A stretch of DNA of 64,000 nt from Thalia democratica. Its lineage: Eukaryota. The notes under the pieces are model-generated. The model worked only from the letters and a program-made list of their open reading frames with translations. It did no database searches and was not told where the DNA came from. The stretch spans positions 20,088,001 through 20,152,000 of the forward strand of contig OZ241828.1 of assembly GCA_965202585.1 (NCBI GenBank), in the 5' to 3' direction. This document shows, piece by piece, positions 24,001-33,800 of the stretch. Both the position numbers and the translations under genes were made by a program. Each line of letters begins with the position of its first letter. The first letter of the stretch is position 1.

Positions 24001-27000
24001 TGCACTTTGCTTACGGACGGTTCCATGTTTTGGTTATCGCTGTCCTGCCTCTGCACGTTGTAGACCTGCACGATGCTGTGATTTGAAATGTTTTCAATGT
24101 CTTGGAAGTCTTTTTTGGCCAATCCGACACCTTCTGTGTCTATGGAATGTACCAGGCTCTGGTTAGAATTTTTGACTGTTAGGTCGCCCATCTCAGTTCT
24201 TGGTGCGCTTATGGCCTCTCTTAAGTTTGTGCTCTCATTAAGACTGTTATCAGAGACCTTAATGGTTACATGGTCCTTTTTAGACGTGTTTACTTCTGTT
24301 GTGTCCCTGTGTACTATGAAGTCCAAGAGGCTTTTGTTCAGCTTGTCGTTGGACATTATCAAATCAGACTCTCTGATGTCGATATCGTCATTCAAGACTA
24401 TGATGTCGTTTGAGCTCTGGTCGGCTAAACTTTGCAAGCTGGTTTCGTTGTCGCCGTTGGATTCAGATTTGTTTTCACTCAAGTTAGACATTTCTGACTC
24501 TTTATTAGACATTGTCTCACTTTCAGGCTGTTGAATAGATGTTATCTTAGTTTCACACTCTTTTGTGGGTACCAAGTCAATTTCAGACTCATTGTTAGAG
24601 ACTGTTTCAGTTTTAGGTTCTGTTTTAAAGACTGTCTCATATTCAGGTTCTATTATAGGTGTCATCTCAGTTTTAGGCTCTGTTATTAGTGTCATCTTAA
24701 TTTCAGACTCTTTGTTACTGATGTTGTCATTGTCTGAGACGTCTTTAACTGTGTTGTCGCTTTCTGCCAAGCTTTGCTGGCTCTTTTGAGAACAAGCTAC
24801 GCTGTTGTTCTCATTCCATTGATTCACACTGTCAATGGCCTTTGAAAACTCCGTAGACAAGTTTGAACAGTAAGATTTGGCCTCTAAAAGCTCTTTGATA
24901 GCTTCGTTAAAGAAGGAAAACTGGCTTTCTTTTTCTGCTGTCTCGGATGCCTCTTCCAATTGGCCGATTACTGAACGCGATTTTCTCAGTATTTCATGCT
25001 CAATAAAATTGTTTGATCCAAAAAATTTTGGAAGCACTTCGTTTTCAAAAACCGTGCAAACGATCTCGCGTAAGTGTAAGGCGGCATCGAAAGCTGAACT
25101 CTGGCTTATGACGGAACCCTTTTCGGATACTGTATCGTTTTCTGGCGCTTTGTATAATGCCATATATGATTTAGACTCTTTATTAGATACTGTCTCAGTA
25201 TCAGACTGTATGTCAGCTAAGCTCAGCTTGCTGTTTTGAAATTTGGTTCCTTTCTTGATATGTTCCATGGCCTTTTCAAACTTAAAAGACATGTTTGAGT
25301 AGTAAGATTTAGCCGCAGACAACTCTTTGTTGGCTACTTCGACAAAATAGGACTGACTTTCCTTGTTTACTGACTCGTTGAAGGTGTTTAAAAGATCGGT
25401 CAATGAAGTAGACTCTTCAGACATGCCAGATTTGAATATCCCTGGAAAGGTTTTGATCAAAGATGTGCATACTATCTTTTGCAATTGTGTCATGGCAGAT
25501 AGCTTGCTGGCAGAATCTCTTAATTTGTCCTCTCTGGTCTCTGAATCGGACTTTGCGATGCTCAGAGCGTCAATTGCATCGCTTAACTGGTCGATGGCTT
25601 TGCAGTTGTCGTCTGAAGAGCTGCTAATTACGCTTAGTTGAGACTTGAGCATTTTAGCTGCCGTTGCCGAGTCTCTGGCAACTTGAGAGATGCTCTGGGG
25701 GTTGTATACAGGGGTGGTGTTCCTAAAGACGTTATCTGAAGGTTGTGCAATGTTTGCAAAGACGTTATCTGGGGTTTTATAACTGTTTCCACCTATATCC
25801 TTAGAAGTAGTGGCCTCATTGCCACAGTTCTCGTCGGAAGAGCTGCTTATGACGCTCGTCTTCGATTTCAGGGCCATCATCTTGGCCACTATCGCCTCGT
25901 CCCTCGCCATCTGGCTCGAGCACGCGGTCAAGATCGAGCTCACTTCGTCCAGGCCCCGATTCAGCTGCTCCGGCACGTCCATGAGTCCCTGCAGCAGATC
26001 TATTTTGCCTTGCACCGCGTTGAAGTTGCTCAGGATGTGGTCAAGGTCGTGATCGCCCTGATCCACGTTCATGCTCGCCACTGCCGCCTCTACGATGTGC
26101 GAGGGCTTCCTAAGCAGCTCCTCGAAGCTGTCCAGACCCTTGAGGTCGGCCACGTTCGCGGACCTGGGCACGTGCGTCGCCGGATTTATCTTAATTATGG
26201 GCAGGACGGTCTTGGAATTCGGACTGTCTGTGTAGGCCGAGGTTAGAGCCGAATTTGCCGCCGTGACGTAGTTGTCAATGGAAGACGGGTACTCCTGGAC
26301 GTTCAGTTGGTCTATGAAGGTCTCTATTGACGACATCTCGCTCACAGAACAGCTTTCTGTACCGCTGTCTGGTTTTTCGGTGTCCAGACTGGGTATTTGG
26401 CTTAGTTTAGTAGCGTATTTGAGTACTTTAGCCACGGCCGGGTCGAATTTTAGCTTAACATTATCAGAAGCAACAGATGAAACATTGCTTTTAGCCTCTA
26501 TTGGCTTGACAATGTTCTCACGTTCATCTGGTAAAGACATATCTGATAATTCGGCGGGTAGACATGTGTCTAGGCTAGGTAGACACTTACAAGATGGTTC
26601 CTTGCTTATGAATTTATGATGACTGTAAGATTTGTCATATACAAAGTCATAATGCTCTTTAGAGAATGTTTTATAACTATTATTCTCTGCACTGACTCCT
26701 GTTTGTACCAACACATCATGCATTGAAGCTATTGAGCCATCATTGTGCATTAGGATGTCGTTTGCTGACCCTGGTATGAAAGATACCTTGTCAATCAGCT
26801 GGAAAAAGTTGCTTTTGCCATCATTGTTAACATAGGAACGCTCATTTGGCCTTTTTTGATTAGATTTAGACATAACTTTCTTAGTTGAAGACTGTCCTAT
26901 GTTGAAAGACTCATTTTCTACTACAGATGGTAAGTTATCCTTACCTTTTTGGCCTAATGTATCATCCTTAGCCCTATTATAGTTAGTCTTACTCCTAGTA

Positions 27001-27269
27001 TAACGTTTGCCTTTACGCTTAGAAGATAGCAACTCGTTATTTTTACTTAAGTTAGTGTTTTGTGAGTTATTAGACAACTCATTTGTATATTTATCAGATG
27101 ATACGGGCGTAGAAACTGTGCATAAAGGCAGTTCCTTGTTTTCAGACGAACTAATAGTAGTGTTAGACTTATTTAAAGAGTTATCCTCAGTACTTAAGTC
27201 AGAATCTGATGACCCTGACTGGTAGAGAATCTCATGTACTTTAAATGTATTAAAATTACTCTCAGACAT
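12036..27269 (-). CDS. Giant gene 1, main exon (5,078 codons; about 5,140 aa with the last exon): acidic, largely low-complexity protein with helical-bundle repeats and several tandem repeats; no recognised family
   Basis: 15.2-kb uninterrupted ORF in an AT-rich genome; first ATG at 27269 (the track start at 27284 is TTG); internal protein-level repeats with synonymous divergence; 3' end coincides with a GT donor. Confidence 0.88.
14566..15030 (-). repeat. Coding Glu/Pro-rich 7-aa (21-bp) repeats bracketed by two copies of EVLPYNDFLQRSLEDARKEQDKL
   Basis: PEPQEEL/PEPEQEL units; the 23-aa block occurs at about 14884-14952 and 14566-14634. Confidence 0.85.
21369..22010 (-). repeat. Coding 69-bp (23-aa) tandem repeat, about 9.3 copies, with A/B alternation
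   Basis: A=KGAKNNDHLKSIDDKSISSNGSS, B=KGAKNNNLVKSVDDTSVSSKASS; order ABABABAAB. Confidence 0.95.
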
Positions 27270-27483
27270 ACTTAAATACAACAAACAAATAAAAAATTAT
27301 TGTGATACTAACGGTTTTCCACTTCTGTATGGTTCGGACACGACAACACTGACTTTGCTTGCTTTATTCTTGCTTGTAGACTCTTGAAGAGGCGAAATTC
27401 TTGTACATGCAGGCTGTTTCTGACTTGGTAAAACTTGTAGTTTGTGAAAAAATTCAAAAATATCTTGACTTCTATTGTTCGTG

Positions 27484-27504
27484 TGACGTAATTGCCATAG
27501 CAAC
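27484..27504. promoter_or_regulatory. CRE/PAR-like TGACGTAA abutting an RFX X-box-like palindrome ATTGCCATAGCAAC in the shared divergent promoter
   Basis: 12/14 match to GTTGCCATGGCAAC, near the middle of the 553-bp gap between the two ATGs. Confidence 0.55.
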
Positions 27505-27822
27505 TTTAAAATTCCAAATTTTTTTGTATGATTGTGAAACTGAAATCATATCATTTAATGTGGATCTAATTACGATTTTAGTATATTTTATTATTACTTA
27601 TTTAGAATAATATTTTTAAATAAAAATATTCCATGATATATTCTAGTAATTGACCATATATTTTATTTTTTTGTTTACTGTTTTTTGTGCTCGTTTTTAC
27701 TGTGTTTTATCTGAAAATATACATTAATTGCCTTACTATAAACTGTTAAGTGTATATACGTATTGAATTATTGTATCTAAAACTTGTTATTTTGCATCTT
27801 AAAACTGTTAATAGACCAAAAT

Positions 27823-30800
27823 ATGTCATCGGAAGATATAAGCGAGTTTAAAGTACACGAAATCACATACACTTGTAGTGGATTGAGCATAGAACAAGAT
27901 AAAAACGACAAAAATAAGTCAAATAAAACCGAAACTAAAAACTTAGGTGAACAATCATCACAATTAAATCCAAACAAAATAAATAGTGATTCTTCCTTGT
28001 CTACAGTCTTAACATTTCAATCAGTTTTAGAAAGTTTAAGTTTTACGGATGAAAAGAATAAAACTTTATCTAGCCCATGTATCAATAACTCATTTACATC
28101 TTTTATGAATGCTTTGGAAAACTCAAATGCAAAATACACCAAGTACAATCAATCTTCTAAATGGACATCTAACCTAAAAAACAGAGACTTAACGAACTTA
28201 TCTAGCAACTGTGCTTATTCTTTAAACAAAAACTCTACAAACCAAGCTACTAAGGCACATAAACCTCTTAATAAAAACCAACCAATAACTGCTAATTTAG
28301 AAGAAACTAAAGAAGCAAAGAACGTATCCTGTTCAGATCAAGCCCCTACAAAAATCAACAAAAACCTTACTCAAATTAAGCAATGTGAACAAGTAGTTAT
28401 CTACAAGGAAATCGAAAATGCAGTACTTCAATCAGTGAATGATGTGCTTCAATCAGATCAATATGAAGCAAACATGGTAGCAGCAATCAAAGAAGTGATG
28501 GACTGTAAGAAGCTGTCCAAGTCAAAAAGACAGAAGATATCCTCAATAATGTTAGTTTTAAACCAGTTTTCTAAAAGAATAAGCGCAAGTAACATTATCA
28601 GTCTAAAAGATCAGTCTTTTGATCCAAGCTTTTTTATCTACAATCAACTTTTAGGCATAGAGCCAGTAAATAACTTAGTTTTTAGCCATGCTATAAAAGT
28701 AGCTAACAAAGTTATAAAAGATTATACTTGCTTTTCTGATTCAAAAAGCAGTTTTAGTAGTGTTTTTTCTGAGATATCTAACAATAAAATAGATCAAAGC
28801 ATATCTAACAGTAACAGTATTTTAAATGAAAACAAAAATAAAAGAAATAGTGCAGTAAGTGATAAAAAAGATATTAGCATAGTTAGTTTTAAACAAGAAA
28901 TTATTAGTTTAAGTTCATCATCTACTCTTGAAAACAAATTTAGCTCTACTGATAAAAAATTAAGTTTAAACAAAGAATATAAGCAAATTGACACTCAAAA
29001 AATACAAAACACACTTGAGAGCATTTCTGAAAGTCTTAAAGAAACTAAAAACAGTTTTAACAAAACTCAATCGTTAAGTAAAATAGACAAAAGTGTTATT
29101 TCTTCTGACAAAAATACTGAAGTAAAACAATCAGTTTCTATTGAAAATCAAAGCAATCGTAAAGAAATGCTAGAATGCTTTAAAGACATTGACGATACTT
29201 ACGATAACTTGGTGCAAAGTCTCACTAAACAGTTGGAAAATTTAGATGATAATATAACTAACAGTTCAACTAAAAACTCTGATATAATTTATGATGTTTA
29301 CACAAAAAGTGTTAAGTATAATAACCTGAGTCCAATTCCAAATACACAAACTGAAATAGTTAAACAAGAACATATAGAAAACAAACTAAATAACTTAATA
29401 GTAGCTTCTGATATATCTCTAAATTATAAGTCTACAGATAATGATCTTAAACCATTTAAGAATCCTCTAAATCAATTTAAAAATACTAAAAAAGAGGAAA
29501 ACATAGAAAAGCAAAAACCTAGTACCATAGAAGTTACTGATATTTCTCAAAGCTGTACTTCTAATGAAAGTGCTTACGAAAGGTTTTACTTTCATTCAGA
29601 CTACAGATGTTTTAGGGACAATTGTAATAAAAAATCTTCATCTTTAAACGGAGAACCATTTCAAAATCGAAATAACAACGAAAATTTTAAGGTTAACCAA
29701 ATATGTCCAGCTGAATGTCATGGTATAAAACTAAGTAGCTGTAATATTAATGACCAAATCAAATCAGTAAATTCAAGTATTGATTTAAGTAGTAAGGTTT
29801 CAGATATTAATCCTGACATAAACAATCAAAAATATTTAGTTGAAGACCAAAACTTAATCGTAAGAACAGATCTAATTAAAACCGAACTTTTTAGTAGTCC
29901 AAGTAATAAATCAATCGTAAATAAAAACAGTAATAAAGAGACACCAAAACATTTTGAGAGTGTAGACAAATCATTTAATAGTCTAGTTCAAACTTTAACT
30001 GAGCAGCTAGAAGACATTGAAGTCAATGTGCCTAGCAGATTAAGTTTAGATACTTTTGATTACGACGGTTCAGAAATGTCAAATCATGACCAAAGTACTA
30101 GTATAGATTCTAAAATCGTAAGTAAATCTTTAAATATAAGTAAGAGTATAACTATTGACAACTTTGAGCCTATAGCAAGCCATGAAAAAATAAAACTTAA
30201 AAAAGAAAGCAGTTCTGAAAAAAATAAGACATCAAAACGTTTTACAAATAATAAGTCTTTTAATAACTTGGTTCAAACTTTAACTGAACAGTTACAAGAC
30301 ATTGATGTAAATGTGCCTAGCAGGTTGAGTTTAGATACTTTTCAAAGTTTAGAAGTAGAAAGTAAACCTTCAGAAAAGTATAGTTGTTCTAATGGTAAAG
30401 CTGAAAGTGTTACAAACAAAATATTAAACACTGACAAAAATGTATCAAAATTAAAGATTTCTGAAAATAATTTGACAAATTGTTCCAAATTTTCATCTAA
30501 TTATGTTAGTACAAAATCTTTTTTAACAAAAAGTATAATAGAATCTGTCAAAAACATAGATTTTAACTTAAATGATATGAAAAACTCAATTTTAAACTGT
30601 GTTTTACAAGTAGGTAGTAAGTATGGAAAAAACCTCTCTAAAGTAAACGTAATTGAACACTTAAGCTCGATTAAAGACTTTAAATTAGATAGTTTCAAAG
30701 AAAATGAAACAACAAAAGTTTATGACTTTCAGATAAATAGTATCGAAGAAGTGTGCAAGTTTTTAGAGAATGTTTTTGATAAAGAAGCAAGTTCTTTAGA

Positions 30801-33800
30801 TTTAAAAAGCAATGTTGAATTTGCATCATCAACAAAAAGTTCAGAAATAGAAAACAAAACTAACTCGTTTTCAAACACAAATCTAGAAAACAACATGAAA
30901 CCAAAAACACATAATAATGACTTATATGCATTTGAAAACCCTTCGAAAAATACTGAAGAAATTAGAAATGTTTTAAATAATTTTTGTAAAATTCCAAGCA
31001 ATGATTTGTACACTTTTGAAAGCCCTTCGAGAAATACTGTAGAAATAAAAAATAATTCAAATAATTGCAATAAGATACCAAATAATGATTTGTACACTTT
31101 TGAAAGTCCTTCAAGAAATACTATAGAAATCAAAAATTATTTTGAAAAAGACACAAGTAATGAAATTGTTAATTCTAATTCTCATTGTACATTTAAAACG
31201 ATTTACAAAAGCTTAGATAACAATTCTGTAAGCAATAATTCAGTGAAAAACCCAGTTGTTAAAGAAACTGAAGTGATATCTTGTAAAGGCGATTCTTATT
31301 GCATGAAAGAAGAAACTTTGTACGAAACAATAAGTAACAGCGCTACAACAAAATCGTATAAAACTGACAACTTCAATGGCTCTATTGAAAAAGCTGACAC
31401 AAAATCAGCAGACAACACGCTTTTTGAAGCGATTTCACAAGAAACAGACAAAAAAGTGAGTTCTAAAAACAATGACAAGTTTAGTCGAAAGTCATTTAGC
31501 AACAAAGGTTCTTGCTATCTAACAGATACAACACAATCTATGAAAACTTGTCGAGCAAGCCCTTATACCAGTGACAAACTAGAATATATAACATTAAATG
31601 ACCAAGACTCTTGCCAATTTACAGAATCTATGAAAACTTGTCAAGAAGGTAGTTTGGAAAAAGTCAATTTTAAAACAAATCAAGTAATTAGGGATGCATC
31701 TTTGTCTTCTTATAAAACAGGTCTGCAGACATTAAATTCAGAAAAACTTTCCAATTTAAAAGACAACAAGTTTGATGCAAACTACAACTCGATTATTAAT
31801 ACAATTACTGAAAACAGTTTAAAGTCTAAAGTTTCAGAGTTTGAAAGTAACTTGACTAACTGCACAGCTCAAAAAAGCTTAAAATCGGGAACTACAGAAC
31901 ATGAAAGTTGTAATTTAGAGATTTATCTAGAAGAGTCTAAAGCAGACAACAGTTATTTAGAAAGTTTTATCAGTGATGATGGTTTCAAGGCGAAGACAGA
32001 CGCTTTAGAAAGCATGCTTAATGGACACGAGATTGAAAACAGTTCACTTTTGAACTGCGTCTTACAGGCAGGAGATAAGTATGTGGGAATCAAAACTAAT
32101 CTAAATAACGAAAACTTGGATACAATTACGGAAAACAGTTCTATACTAAACACAAAACAAGATAATGACTGCAAGTTGAAAACAGTTGAAATAAATCATA
32201 AAATACCCAAAACTAACATGTTTACTTTTGAAAGCCTTTCAAAAAGTACAGTAGAAACTGATTTAAAAAAAGAAAATAAGACGCTAATCAATGACTTGTA
32301 CACTTTTGAGAGTCCTTCCAGAATTACTGTAGAAGTTTTAAAAGCTTTAACACCAAACAGCTCTGTTTTAAACACAAGTTCAAGTAATGGTGATCGTTGC
32401 AGTGTAAGTAAAAAACAAGGTGAAAAGTCTGAGAAAATACCTAAATGCGATTTATACACTTTCGAGAGTCCTTCAAGAAATACTGTAGAAATTAAAAACA
32501 ATGCAGAAGGTAATAAAAACATTGTAGAAGGGCAAACTAAGAGTTATGATGCTGAAAAAAACGCATTTATGAACGAGCTAGACTCACTGTTGCAGTGTGT
32601 TCAAAAAGCAGCAGACAGTTCTAGTTCAAAAGATAATTTAAACAAGGAAAATTTGATTACATACAGTGAAAAACTAGTAACACAGAAAATCTTTAAACAA
32701 GACGAGATTTTAGCAGAGCAAAGTAAAAGCATTCAATACAACTCTTCTAACAAAAGCGCAAATGTTGTTGAAAGTATAAGTCATTTAGCAGAAGATTCTA
32801 AACAAAAGAAAAATTTTAAGACCATTGGAACTTCAGAAATCTGTAAAGATGGTTTAACTGATAACAAAAATGAGACTGAGACAGTTTACAAGTATTGCCA
32901 AGAAAACAAAAGTTATTATACTGACTTTAGTTTTGCAATGAAAGACAGTGTAGACAAATACTCAAAAATCACAAAGTCTGCACAAAATACAGTTGATAAA
33001 ACTGAAAACTCAATGTCTACCGAACCAACACAAAATGATAAACTTAATATTGTAGAAACGCCAGTTGTAGAAAATTTATCAGAAAAATGCAATTCAAATG
33101 AAATAGAGCATAAACAAAGCAATCACTATCAAAGTTGTTATGAAAGTAAAAGCAGCTGCGAAGAAATAGAAAACACAATAGAATTAAATCAAATTTATGT
33201 GGCGGGATCTATAAGCAGTTACTTCGAAACATGCTGTGAAGAATTGTCTAAAAAGTTGCAAAAACTCGAACTAGGAACAAATAAAAACACAGAAAATTTT
33301 GAAAATGCTCACGACAACATGAACTATTCAAAAGTTTCAAAATCTTTAGATACTAACAATTTAGACTTGGTTAATAAAGATCTAGTAAACAATGCCCATA
33401 AATCAGAAAACATAGTCAGTGCAAACTTGGTGTTTCCCAACTCAGACGCAAAGGATTTCACGGTAGAAACCTCGCAAGACACAAACAAAATAGAACTGTT
33501 TCCAAGCTCGAACAGCAGTGAAGAAACCTTGCACAACATAACGAGTCTGAGAGAAACAGACTCTTATTTCAAATCCACGGAGAGCAGCGAAATGAACAGT
33601 GTTCTGGAACAGATCAAAATGAGTTTGAAGAAAGACATAAACGAAATTGACGTCTTCAACGAAAACTTGCACTCGCTAAAAGTTTCCGGGGTTGTGAAAA
33701 ATAACGGTTTCGCAGGGCTATTTAATAACTTTTTTGACAAAAACAAAAAAGTTGAAATTGAAAATGATAATGCAAACAATATTGATAGTACTGTAAATCA

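Noticed and set aside
27297-27503. 68-aa minus-strand ORF that could splice in frame to gene 1
   Set aside because: It has no in-frame ATG; more likely 5' UTR or promoter.
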